Shown: in pieces, positions 1 through 15,242 of the stretch
Position numbering within the stretch: the first letter of the stretch is position 1
Layout of the letters: each line of letters starts with the position of its first letter
DNA from: Epithemia pelagica
Taxonomy: Eukaryota; Protista; Bacillariophyta
Assembly (NCBI GenBank): GCA_946965045.2
Contig: OX337229.1
Location: 3,534,001-3,598,000, forward strand
Direction of reading: 5' to 3'
DNA: 64,000 nucleotides
The notes under the pieces: model-generated
The model's input: only the letters and a program-made list of their open reading frames with translations
Databases searched by the model: none
Told to the model about the DNA's origin: nothing
Position numbers and translations under genes: made by a program

Positions 1-2621
1 GTGGTAGCCCATCGCACCGTAGGGCTGCCCTCCATAGGCACCCGCATGCTGCTGAGGATTATATTGATTCTGGTATTGGTTGGCATTGTTGTGGTGGTTT
101 CCACGACCACGGTAGCCTCCGCTGTTCTTCTGATAACCACTTGAGCCTTGATGGGAACCACCTTGATCATCATAATGAGGGCCAGCACCATAACCACCGC
201 TATGGCCCATCGAAGGAGGATATCCAAATCCTCCCTGTACGGCACCTCCAAATTGTGCGCCATATCCGTAATTGTATCCAATTTGACCTTGATACTGTCC
301 CATATGCGGCTGTTGTCCATAAAACAGCGCAGGACTGTAGGGCATGCCTGGCATACCGGGAGGCAATCCAGGTGTCGGCGTGGGAGCACTGTTATTCGAC
401 GAGTTTGGCGCGTTCGTGTTGGAAGGTGCACTGCCTGAGGACGTCGGTTGTTGCTGTTGCGTTGTCGGAGCAGCTCCATAGAGACTCTGGTGTTGTGGTT
501 GCTGAGGCTGAGTCGGGGCCAGAGGAACTCCCATTGGTGGCTTGGGAGGAAGGGGCGTTCCTAGAGCCGGTGCACTGGGCATGCCTCCAATAAAGGCGGC
601 ACCCGTACCTGCCGGAGCTCCGGCATAGTTGTACATACCCATCGAACCAGTGCCACTTGTGCCAGCGGGCTGCGGGTACGTAGGCTGCTGAGTCGGTGCA
701 GACGGTTCCGAATTGGTAGAAGAGACGGGGTCATTGCCTTCCGGTGGAGCAACGGACTGAGATGGTTGCGTCGGCAATGCTCCTGGTGCTTGTTCGGAGA
801 CGGCTTGTTGCGCAGCGTTAAGAGATGCTTCTTCTAGCTTGTTTTCAAGTTCATGTACCAACACTGCGTCGGCTGGAATGGGGCGCATTCCTCCTCCAAT
901 GGAGAGTCCAGGAGGTGGTCTTGCTGGTGAGGGGGCAGTTGCAGTTGCGGGAGGAGGCGCTGGAGTTTCTTTCGGAGCCGTCTGGGACACATTGTTCGTG
1001 CTGCTACTCGCTGTCGTAGCGTCCATACTGGCAGCTTCGGCGTCGACGCCAAATGTCCCGAATCCAAAATCGATATTTTTATCATCTCCATCGGTCTCCC
1101 AATGTCCCATGTTCAACACGCTCGGAGGGGGAGCCCGAGGTTGTGGTTTGGGCTCAACGCTTGTGGGAGCTTGCGACTGGGGAGGAGCAGACGCCGTGGC
1201 TTGAGATTCGACAACCGGAGCCCCGATTGGTTGTGTGTGCATGGGTGAGGGGGGAACGGCCGCGTCGGTAGGGACAACATCTTCGTTCCCCGTTTGCGTG
1301 GATGCGGCTGGAGCGGCCCCCCACACAGAGCCTTCTAGCTTTTGCCCTGAAGACGCGGATTCCTCTTGCTCTACAGGAGCCTGTTGAGGAACTTGCGTGG
1401 AACTTGAAGGTGGCAATACATCCTCCACCGCTTCTGGTTCCAAGTCGGGTTCTGTTTCCGGTGGTACATGCAGCAAGGGAGCTGCCATGGGAGGAGGCGC
1501 TGGTGCAGGAGGAGCACTGCGTTTTACAGGTGCCGGCGCAATGGCTGCTGGTGGCTTTGGCTGTTCAGCTCGAATCAAATGGGCTGACCCCTTGGTGGCC
1601 CACACATTTCCAGCGGGCGCAGGTCTTGAGACTGGTTTCGGAACGGGTGGTTGGACTGCCGTAGTAGTAGGAGGAGCAATCGGATCCGGTTCGTGTTTTT
1701 CTGGCACTGACGAGACAGGAGCGTCCGTCTTAATTTCATCGGCAATATCTGGGGAAGTTGCCGTCGCGGTCGCCGTCGTCGGGGTTGTTGCTTGCTGCTG
1801 TTTGGCCCAGGCCCCTTGAGGAACTCTCACATTGGCTGGAATTCCTCCGGGCGGCGGAGGATGAGACTCCAAATCATTCAAGGTTTCCTCGTTGGAGGCA
1901 TCGGTCGCCGGATTGTTGACCGGAGGACCCTTTTCGCGATGCTGTTGCGAACGTCCACGGCCACCCCGTCCGGAAGCGCTTCGTCCTCGACCGCCACGGC
2001 CGCCTTCACGAAAGCCACCTCTGCCACGGCCTCCTCCTTCTCGACCACTACTGCTACTACCTCTGCCTCTTCCTTCTCCGCCTCTACCACGGCCTCCTCC
2101 TCTGTTGTACGAATAGGTTTCTTTTTTCTTGCTGTGTTTTTTGTTCACGTCTTCCCATTGTTCTTCCGCAGGAGCTCCTTCGCCCTGATCCCACCATTCC
2201 GCTATTTTCTCACGAATTCGTTCTTCGTCACCCTTGAGTTCCTTTACGAGACCATCCAGGTCGCCTAATTTATGGCTCGGACAAACCTCACGTAACTGTT
2301 TTCAACCCCAGAACACAATGCAGAAACAAACAAGTGAGTCTCTCTCTTTCTAGCACAAAAAATGACAAGTGGATCCTTTCAATCCTCAACTTGATTTCTT
2401 CTCATTCAAAGGAAAGGGTGGGAACGAACAGGCCATTTTCGGTGGCCAGTAGGGAACGGATCCTCCAAAGGAACTCCATTGATTGGATTCGATGCCCACG
2501 GTGTCCAAGGCGGTTGGTCCACGGTCAGGTGCCACCAAAGACAACCACTTACACTATCGGTCAAAGCAGCGTAGCCTTTACTGCCTTTGCCATTCTTGGT
2601 GCTTCCATTGGAGGCTGTCAT
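1..2621 (-). CDS. UBAP2/UBAP2L(Lingerer)-like protein: short UBA/CUE-like helical domain, RGG box, long Pro/Ala-rich IDR, FGxF motif, Gly/Tyr/Gln-rich tail; 3' end lies outside the window
   Basis: Exon 1 2621-2553 (MTASNGSTKNGKGSKGYAALTDS), GTAAGT...CAG intron 2552-2296, exon 2 runs open from 2295 to the window edge (LREVCPSHKLGDLDGLVKELKGDEERIREKIAEWWD...RGGRGRGGEGRG...NIDFGFGTFG...NQYNPQQHAGAYGGQPYGAMGYH). It is missing from the ORF track because no stop codon lies in the window. Family call is inferred from architecture. Confidence 0.7.
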
Positions 2622-3846
2622 GGTGACTCCTACAAACTACTACTAGTACCAAGTATAGTTAGTTCTTGTGTCGAGAGGCGGTCGTGCAGGTTCCCAAAGG
2701 GGTGAGAGAGCACAGTGTTTTGGGTGGGTGTGGGTGTTTCTATGGATATCTCTGATCTCTGTGCTTCTCGTTGTTGTGCCGTGTGGTGTGTGGAATGAAC
2801 GAGGAATGAGATGTCCAGATGTCTCCCGTGCGGACAGGAGCGAACCCGGACGCATGACAGGCTTATGTGCGACCGAAAGCTCGCGAATGAGACGCCCCCC
2901 TCTTGGCGAACGGCATCAGCGGGACTGTAGGATTCTGCAACGAATTACGGAGGTCTCGATGTGATGCCAGACATGAATATTGGATGCGGACCATAGAAAG
3001 AAGTGTCTCTCCTAAATTGCACGAAGATAAAAAGGAAACGGCACGAGGCGATTGAAGGACTGCCGTTGAGTGCTCTTGTCGGAGACGAATGTATTCAAGT
3101 ACGCTGGATAACTTGAAACCTGTCTCGACTGTTTAGAACTGTTTCGCATTCCCAAAAAGTAGGTCGAGACATGTAACAAGCCATGAGAAATGTACTTGAA
3201 TGCTCCAGCTACATGGTGTGACAAAAAACAATAGTATTGTTGGTCATACAGTTGTTTGTCATTGAATGGACAACATGAATGCTTCCATCTGATTGGGGAA
3301 GTAGGACGAAGCTAGTGTCGCAATGATGTTGTGTTTGGGTGGCATGAATCGAAGAAGGAAGACCCGAGACCGAGACAGAAGATCCGAAATTCGCATCCCT
3401 CTCACAGCTCACAGAACGAACTCTCGTCATTTTCGCGGACCGAAAACGTTGCGAAATCGTGCTGCCGAATTTGTGGGTCGCCGCCATGCGTTCTGGATCC
3501 GTTGGCAATAATGCATTCATTGGATAGAAAAAGCCGAGGATTGTACTGGTTTTGAGCGTAGGCATAAGTAAAGCAAGAGTCGAGGGTTTTTGATATTCTA
3601 TTGCCCAGGGAGCCAGAATGGCCACGCTGGCTCGTGACAATTATTTTATTTTCCTAGGCAAAACCTCGGTTCAACGGTCGAAACAGATAGGGCGCAGCGC
3701 GCAGAGAGCAACCATAGAGAGTAAAAGTGAAAACCAAGAGACGAACGAAGTTGTTTGTGGCATCACAAACTCTTTCTTTGGCGTAGGTCCAGTGACAACC
3801 AATCCTTTGTGTCCTTGCAAGACAAATCAATGTTTTACAAGTTATA

Positions 3847-5419
3847 ATGACAAACCAATCTAATCCGACACCAGCTCCAGAAGCCCTGTCGGGAGATGTG
3901 TCAAGCAATGCCAAACCATCACACGCTGACTCGCAAACAAACTATGTCGCCATGGAAGTTGCTCAAGTGCCTCCCGTCGCTGACTGCGATGAGGATGAGG
4001 ACGAAAACCAGTCGGTGGCGGAATCGATTGTCAGCTCGGTCTTGACGGCCGACGGAATTCATGATTTCCCTGGTTTTCTGTGTGTCTGTCTAGTGATTTT
4101 GTTGGGCGACATGGGACGTGGTGTCATGTTTCCCAGCATGTGGCCGTTGGTCGAGAGTTTGGGAGGGAGCAAAGTCACTTTGGGTTACGCTGTGGCCGCG
4201 TTTTCGTTCGGGAGGGTACTCGTTAATCCCCTCTTCGGAAGCATGTCACATTCTCTTGGGTACTCGAAAACATTGTTTATCGCAAGTTCCATTCTATTGC
4301 TTGGAACGTTGCTTTACGGACAAGTTCAAAATGTAGGAAGACCTCAGTTCTTGATTGTTGCGCAAACATGCCTTGGGATTGGATCGGGTACATTGGGCGT
4401 AACGAGAGCTTTTGTGGCCGATGTCACGGCAAAACGAAATCGAACAACCTACATGGCCTGGATTACGGCAGTGCAATACGGAGGCTTCACGGTCACTCCT
4501 TTCATTGGAGCCTTTTTTATATACATTTTGGGTCAATCGGATTATCAGTTTGGTCTTGTTCGGCTGAACCGATACACAGCGCCAGCGTATTTCATGGCAT
4601 TCATGGCGGCTTGCACCCTTGTCGTGCTCTCCCTCTTTTTCCGCGATCGGCAACGAATCAGTCTGCAAAAAGATGCACCAAAGTCTGCCAAACAAGTGCA
4701 ACGAGAAGATTATGCCAATGCTATGACGTTTGTTGGCTTGTCGGTCTTTGATTGTTGTATTTTGGGATGCTTTCTACTAAATGTATCGACCAAGGGAAGC
4801 ATTGCCGCCTTTGAAACCATGGGAATTGCGATTGCCCAGCACCACTTTGGCATGACAAGTAGTCTGGCAGGAATCATTGTTTCCTTATGCGGTGCCGTCG
4901 GCGTGTACTCCCTCTTGTGTATGGGCATACTGGGTCAATATTTCTCGGATATTCAACTCATATCGGGTGGTATGGCCGTTATGATCGCTGGAATCGCGGT
5001 CCTGATACCCATCCAAGATGCGGAAACGAATCCTGGATGGCAATATGTTATTGCCATTTTCCTCATTTACGGAATCGGCTACCCCATTGGCCATACTGCC
5101 GTTATTGGACTTTTCTCAAAGAGTACGTGCATGACAAATGACGAGACCTGTAGCACACGAATGCATTGGTACAAGGCATCTCTCACGCCACTGCTTCTTT
5201 GTTTGATATGCAGTTGTTGGTCGCCGACCTCAAGGCGTTCTGCTGGGGTGGTTTGCCTCAGCCGGTTCTCTGGCTAGAATGTTCTTTCCTGTCATGTCTG
5301 GTTACATTAGTAGCTACGCTGGCGTCGACAAGCTTTTCATTGTGCTGTGCTTTGTATTGGTCCTGTCCATTTTCTTTGTATACCTTGCCCGGAATACTCT
5401 TACCTTCCTTTCCACTTAG
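3847..5419 (+). CDS. Major facilitator superfamily transporter (MFSD8-like)
   Basis: Exons 3847-5122 and 5214-5419 (GTACGT...GCAG intron). Spliced product 493 aa with many hydrophobic helices, GTLGVTRAFVAD and the spliced C-terminus KIVGRRPQGVLLGWFASAGSLARMFFP typical of MFSD8-like proteins. Confidence 0.88.
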
Positions 5420-5801
5420 AAGCTGTTACCATTACTATTAGTTGTTCATTTCTTCATAGAGGCTGCCTCGATCGATTGATTCTACCAATGCGCCACTTCC
5501 ACCTCAAGTCAAAACAGGTGAGACCATTGTGTAACGTCATGTAGACGGCTTTTAGTTATTAGTGATAGGCTACAGCCATGCTTCCGTAATACATCTACCT
5601 AGACTGTTTCGACTTTCGACCAATGCGGCATGGTCGAGCGGCAATGTTTAAGATCCGGTGATGAGTTCATGTGGAGCAAAAGCAACTGGCAGAATATGTT
5701 CGACTATTCAATTAAATGGACGCTTCTATATACATATGTTTCATCGCGAGATATCAAACCCCCGAGATATCCAAGGCTAGCCTGCCTCAATGCCTGTCAT
5801 T

Positions 5802-6263
5802 TTAATTGCTGCTGGCAGCGTGGGTCATGATCAATTCTGGTAAACTGTGTCCCGTTCCCATTTGCGTGCCAAAAAGAGCCAGCGCAAGGCAGATAGAGGC
5901 ACGGCCAATTTGCAACTCCACATCCAAGAATTCTTGGGAAGGACGTCGGTCATTGGACGAGTATTGGTGATGGGCCGGTAACTCCCACTTCTTGGGTTCG
6001 CTGGTCGAGTCTGTTTGGGGCAAGGTTTGTGATCTCAGTGAATCCGACGCTTGTTCCTGCAAACCGGTGGTCGTTCCCGTCATCAACGAAGCCGTTGATA
6101 TTGGCACACCATCATCTTCCCGAAGCGAGTCCACAATGTAATCCAATCTGGTACTTTTCATGGACGTTCTCCGCAAGGATGCCTCTTGAGAATGCACTCC
6201 GACCGAAAATGCTTCGGCATTGGCAACAAAGAGAGCAATGGTCAATGCAATGGTTTTCATCAT
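5802..6263 (-). CDS. Small plastid-targeted protein with one degenerate LHC/HLIP-like helix
   Basis: MMKTIALTIALFVANAEA-FSV is a signal peptide plus ASAFAP-type motif. The C-terminal VELQIGRASICLALALFGTQMGTGHSLPELI resembles the E-x-x-N-G-R-x-A-M...TG helix of HLIP/OHP/SEP proteins. Confidence 0.6.
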   Translation of the reverse strand: MMKTIALTIALFVANAEAFSVGVHSQEASLRRTSMKSTRLDYIVDSLREDDGVPISTASLMTGTTTGLQEQASDSLRSQTLPQTDSTSEPKKWELPAHHQYSSNDRRPSQEFLDVELQIGRASICLALALFGTQMGTGHSLPELIMTHAASSN

Positions 6264-6798
6264 TCTAGTCTCAGTGGCGCGCAATATCTTCTAATGACCA
6301 GAAGAATGATTTTCTTTGTTTTATGGCTTCTGCTCTGCAGATGTCAGGGTCAGGTGTCACAATCTACGATCGAAAGTGGTTGTTTCGACGACGGATCAAT
6401 TCTGTTCCGAATGTGCGTAGAGAATGCACGAGAAGACTTTGGGAAACCTGTGCGGGCAGCATCTGCGACGTTGTTCCCTTCGGACTTTACGATTCGAGCA
6501 GTCCCAATCCTCACGACACAATGACTCCATGGTGGGAAATTGAGTACCGTATGGCTGGAGTGTATGTCCTGTGGAGGGTTGACATCAGCTTGGCCACGAA
6601 ACATCCAACCAGCTCAGTTTCAATCTTCAGCGTGCGTATGTGGATTGGCTGCGTGGAACAATAAGTGCGATCAATTGGATCGCGGCTATGGATGCGGCGG
6701 ACAGGCGAAAAAGATCGCGATCCCATTCCATGGAAGCGGCAACTACAAACTACAACTGTACACATCATAGTTAGTCGACAGGCAACCCCCATGACACC

Positions 6799-9432
6799 AT
6801 GATGTTCTTCGGTTCATTCCTCGTCCTTCAAAGTTCATTGCTGGTAGCTGTCCGAAGCTTTCAGGTGTACACCAATCCAACTTCACGGTTCGTTTCCACT
6901 TCGTCAGCCACTCGATTGGCCCGTGTCCACCGATTGGCTTCCAGCAGTAACAGCGATGACGACAGTAGTGACAAAACGACGGATACTGCCAAGGATACAC
7001 CAGAGACGCGTGAAAAGTCATTGCAGAGCAATGGTTTCTTTCCTTCTTTTCTTTCTCGTTTGACGAGACCTCTCGGAACTGCGGAGACTGAAAATGAGAA
7101 TAAAAATGGGTCGACAGGCGCAGCTACCAGTACAACGGCGACGAGCACATCGCAATCTGCATCCAGTCCTCCTCCCGCGAGGGAAGCTTTGTCACCATTG
7201 GAACAAGCCAAGCAGCTCAAGGCACAAGCAGATAGGGCTCGTTTGGAAGCTGAGCGTATGGACGCGGAGCTAACCCTCGAAAAAATTGCTCGGTTGGAAA
7301 GAGAGCTTGCTCATGCTAAAGCAAAGGGCAGTGAATCTGTCGAAGATCTGCAAAATCAGATGGATGCTTTGAATGGTAAACTTAGCGGAGAGACAAACCG
7401 CACATCTGCTCCAAAGAAAACCACCACATCGTCGTCGCCGAGTCCAAGCGGTTCTCTTCCTAACGACAAATCCACCACTGAAACGTCAAATGGGATCTAT
7501 ATGAGCAATCTCCCTGCGGCGGTGGAGGAATTTGATCAGGAGTTTTTTGATGAAACTCTGTCAATGTTGGAAGAGACTCCCGATTTTTTGAAAAAGATTG
7601 TGTGCGCTCAACTTGGTTTCAAGTATGCGGACGATGGAAGCTGGAACGCAACAGAAGTTGCGCTACGTATGGACGAAATCAGACGGTTTGACTTTTCCTT
7701 TGCCGAATCGGAACGGCCCAAGTTCACGCAAACTCAAATTGACGAAATGAAACAACGGTTGAAATCGAACTGGTTGACTTCCGAAGATGCCTATGTCGCG
7801 GATCCACGCTTGCAGATGGCTTCGAGTGGCAATGAAACGGAGCTTGCTCTAATGTGCCTGGAATATGAATATTTTAACGAGAAGTACATGGACAACGAAC
7901 AACTAATGTCTTCCGTCCTTGGCGATAGTCAGGTCATTGCCGAGCTTTCAAGTGCCATTGAACAAGTTTCTTTTGATGGCTTGACTGAAGCATTGTTCCC
8001 TCCTTGTACACGCAAAGAAGACCAAATGCCGACATTGGCACAAGCGGAGAGAGTCGCCAAAGATATACTACCAAAAGTGCAATTCACATCTACTTCGAAA
8101 CCCCTGGAAGTTCCAGGGGGTTTCGTTATAAGAGGCGATTCCAGAGCCAGTGATGGCAATGCCCTTATTGACGAAATTGATCAACAGTTGGAAAAGTCGT
8201 CCCTCAAAGGGAAAGTAACTTTGTGCTATTTGAGTGATTTCACTCTTGGTCTTAATGTGAATGGTGCCAGTGTGAGTGATATTGATGACGCCATCAGCTT
8301 CGACGACGTTGGTGGAATCATCTATGTCGGCGGTCCTGATTTGACCCGTGAATCGCGCAAGGTCCTTCTCAGTGCAACAACAGCTCTGGGAGTGGGCACT
8401 TGTTGGTACCTCTCCTTGTACCCCTTTCTTCTCAACCCCTCGATTGCCAAACAAGTCGATGAACAGTTGTCGCTGGTGGAAGCCAATATGCCTGCTGATC
8501 TTAGTTGGCTGACAGATCTCTCCTTTCCTTTATTTGCAACCTTTGTTGGACTGCAGTTGTTCCATGAGATTGGTCACAGGGTCGCTGCATCATTTACGGG
8601 TGTAAGTGTGAGGACGTGTTTTTTCTTTTTGTCAATTCATCCTGTAGCTCTCATCACGCTCCCATCCCATCCCATCCTTATTCAGATTAAACCGACTTTC
8701 CCAACCTTTGTGCCCTCGATTATAACCGGAGTGACGAGTATAACGACCAGTTTCAAGGAACCGCCCAAAAACCTACAAGCCATGTTTGATTTCTCAATCG
8801 CAGGGCCACTTTTCGGAATGCTTGGATCTGTTGTAGCAATCTTTATCGGGTGCCAGCTTTCAACTTCTGCAGATCCAACGAACTTTCCTGCTTTGCCAAT
8901 AGAAATTTTGATGCAAAGTTCTCTTGGGGGTGGAGTGATAGAATCTGTTCTTGGACCCGGGGTGTTGAACGTACCTGATGCTGCACGAGGTAGCCAAGCT
9001 ATCGCTGCAATGACAATTCGACTCCATCCTGTTGCTGTTGCGGGATATCTCAGCTTGGTCGTCAATGCTTTGAGCATGCTTCCAATCGGAAGTAAGTTTA
9101 TGTGACCCCGTTTAGCTTCTATTGTCTACTCGTCCTGTCCCCGCTAACTCGTTGCCCCTTTGACAATAGCAACTGACGGCGGACGGATTGCCATGGCGCT
9201 GTTTGGACGCCAAGTCAAGTTGTCTATCGGAGGTCTTGCATTGTTTGTTATGTTGTTTCTAGGTGTCCAGGGCTCCGATTTACTGCTCTTTTATTTTGCC
9301 TTTTGCGTGGCTTTTCAAAAGGGAAATGAAATACCTTGTCGAAACGAGGTTGACACAATCGACTTTTCAAGGGTTTTGTTGGCAACGGGCAGTTACTTCC
9401 TTGCCCTCCTTGCGCTTATACCAATCCAATAG
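6799..9432 (+). CDS. EGY1-like site-2 (M50) intramembrane metalloprotease, probably plastid-targeted
   Basis: Exons 6799-8601, 8686-9091, 9170-9432 (823 aa). HEIGH zinc motif, spliced LPIGTTDGGR motif, N-terminal signal peptide (…VRS-FQV) and a coiled-coil region. Confidence 0.88.
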
Positions 9433-9627
9433 TAGTATAAGCAATGATGATATTACTCTTAGATCATCTTTTCTTCACTTTTAAGTTAGTACAATATCGG
9501 GTCAATAAGATTCAAAGTACATCAAGCGGCAATCGTTATCACGTAGAGGCTTAGTGTTTCTGTGGCTGGGCATAGCGAAACAGGATTGGTCTGAAAACGA
9601 TGAGCCGATTGGTAATCTAGTCATGTT

Positions 9628-11218
9628 TCAAGAGGTCGCTCCGCTATTGATCAAATGAGGTCGAAAATGATCCAGATACCTCCGAACCATTTCCTCTTGA
9701 ATCAAATGATCGTCTCTGGCTGCATCTGGATGGAAGCAAAGGTCTTCGATCCAAAGAGAAGCATTCTCAGATATATGGCGTGCTTGCTCATCATTCTCAA
9801 GCACCCATTTCATTTTTTCTTCCACATCGGTTGCATCTTCATTAAGTGGAATGTAATGGACCCATGGAACAAGAAGTTCTCTAGTAAACACGCGCAAAAG
9901 CATAGGTTGAGACTAGAGAAGAGCATAAAGGCACAAGCTCTTGACGTCAAACACGTACTCCATGGCCCACGACGTGAATTTTGGTGGCGGCATGAGCACA
10001 ACAGACTGTGACAGCAAAGCCCACTTGAGACCACTTGCAACGTCTGCGTACGAACAAGAATTGAGAAATGATATTGAGACAGGATGCCTAAACTGGTGAA
10101 AACTTACCGTTTCCATCAAGCATTATAACTGCTTTATACTCCATCATCTCCGAGAGCGAGATCTTTTCACCCACAAGTGGTACACCATTCAGGATATTTG
10201 GAATACGTTTCCGTGTAGAAGTGAGACGCGCATCTATCAGGGAACTGTTGTAATGACGAAATACCAAACGACAGCGTCGCCACTGCAAACAGTTTTCTTC
10301 GTCCGATGTTTCTTTGCTGTAACTGTGTAATGACCCAGTTAGCTCACCACGAAAGACTGCCAAAGGCTTCTTGAAATCCCAGGGAGTATCCGAAGATTCA
10401 ACTAGAACAAGTGAATTATAGTGTCGTGCCACGGAAAGCTTCCAGACAATCGGTTGCATGTGTTCTTCGACACCATCACTGCTCGGAAGCGCCTTTCTAC
10501 CTCCCGAAATGCATTCGGAAGCCGTCGCGAGTTTGATCTCTTCTCTCGTTGTCGATAGCCGAAACTTCTTGAAATGAGGAATATTCAGAAATCCATAAAC
10601 ATGGGAATGTTGTAGGTCTCCAAACTGCACCAGCAACGGGCCAACAGGCTGATCAGTACGCTCGGTGAGTACGTCGAGAAAAGCTGGTATCAGAGAATCC
10701 AGGACATCGAGACAGTAACGTCTCATGTTCTTTAAAACAAGTGCTTTCTTTTTCAATTGAAAAAGCGTTTTATTCTCCTGTTCGCCGTGCGTTGTTTTAG
10801 GGACATTGCCAATCTTGGCGCATTCACGCAGACTATCAATGTTGGCGTGAAATACCCTATCAGCTTCAATTGTACTCAGAATTTCGATCGTCGCATTTCC
10901 GACAGAAGGTGCCCTGACCATGAAAGATGAGTTTTCCTCCATGTGTTCAAAGTATACGGCGGCGTCAATGCTCTTGGGGCAGGGAAGAGAGTACCAGTTA
11001 CCCATGTAAAGCCGCAGTCGCTCCTCAACAGAAGGAAAGCGGTTTTCTCGAGTCGACCCAGTTTCAACCGGAAGGAGTGGATCGGCAAACACAAAGGGCA
11101 GGACGAATGGCAGAAATGTCCGGAAACAACATCGAACACTTTTCATCATTCTTTGTGGTATGAACAAGGAAAGAAATGATGGATCAGGATCCGGGAAGAG
11201 GCATTCAAAGCTCGGCAA
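9628..11218 (-). CDS. Glycosyltransferase family 90 (CAP10/POGLUT-like)
   Basis: Exons 11218-10108, 10043-9959, 9880-9628. KPLAVFRG, spliced YKAVIMLDGNDVASGLKWAL and WAMEELLVPWVHYIP are GT90 signatures. The true start may be ATG 11149 (MMKSV…, hydrophobic leader). Confidence 0.85.
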
Positions 11219-11582
11219 AGACTCGATGTGTCGATGAAATTATGAATTATGACACACGGAAAACGGATGGATTTGTGAGGGCTGTGGTGATGGATGGAGC
11301 TCTTCGCGCCGGGTCGGTGGCGCGTTCGTCTATTTAAAAGGATTCAGCTTAAGTAATAATATGCCGATACCATTTAAATATTACTCGTACTTTATGTCCC
11401 ACAGTAGTAAATGGGAATGTAGTGCTTGCGCCGAATGCATACGCAGGGGGAGATGGAAAACTTTTTCACATCAGTCAAGTGCCACAATCTGGGGTTGAAA
11501 TAACCATCGAAAAGATCTGATTATTATGAAGAGATGGTGCAAATAATGTAGATATTTCTTATCTATACAGCTACAGTTCCTT

Positions 11583-14489
<2,907 letters not shown>

Positions 14490-15242
14490 GGTGGTATCGA
14501 AACGTTCGACGATCTGGTCGACTTTCTTTGTGATCTCGATGATGAGATTTGTCGTGCGTCTTGATTGAACTGCCGCGTGGAAGACACTTCACATCTTGCC
14601 CTCACTTCAATAACCCACCAACCCACAAAGCCCCCTTTGACGTCATTCCGAGAAAAATAATGAGGGTGGGCCTGCGCGTCTCGAAACATCGACCGGCGCT
14701 CGCACGCTTGATGGGTGCTAATTCCTAATTCGTCTCATTTTTTAAAAATTTTCTCTGGGTCGAATCGAACAAATAGAATGAGAATTCTACAGATCAAGAG
14801 ATGGACAATACATACTTATCCCTATCCGTAGCAAAATGAACTAGTTCACCGGTGATTCATCACAATCGACGAATCTAAAAGAGAAGATCAATCTCGCACC
14901 ACTTCATCAAAGAAAAGAATTTCACAGTCAACGAGAAGCCTCCTGTCATACTGGGTAGGATTCCCGCTTCTGATGAACATGTCAATATGATGCCACCATG
15001 GAAGGATCACTAACCAACGAGATCCAAACGTGACTTTGACCGCTCTAGTATCCAAAACCGAAAATGCGTCTATTTTCGCATAAGGATCCTTGAATGATTG
15101 TCAAAATCATCAGAGGATGTAGCTTTTTAATTGCCACCCTGAAGAAATGCAGGCGGGAACTTTGGCACGGAGACAATGGGTCTGATTTGTCGACAGGTCT
15201 GACGGAAGATGCGAGACAGTGATTCCATGGTACTCGTCCTTT

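Noticed and set aside
141-2268. Several plus-strand ORFs (141-593, 839-1204, 1397-1819, 1792-2268)
   Set aside because: Antisense shadows of the uninterrupted minus-strand UBAP2L-like frame.
2700-3800. ORFs 3209-3640 (-), 3323-3511 and 3331-3555 (+) in the gap between the divergent UBAP2L-like and MFS genes
   Set aside because: No recognisable motif, weak or non-ATG starts, and no consistent splice model. Left unannotated; RNA-seq would be needed.
6186-6792. Short ORFs including a signal-peptide-like MIFFVLWLLLCRCQG
   Set aside because: Short, overlapping in several frames within a divergent promoter gap, with no homology cues.
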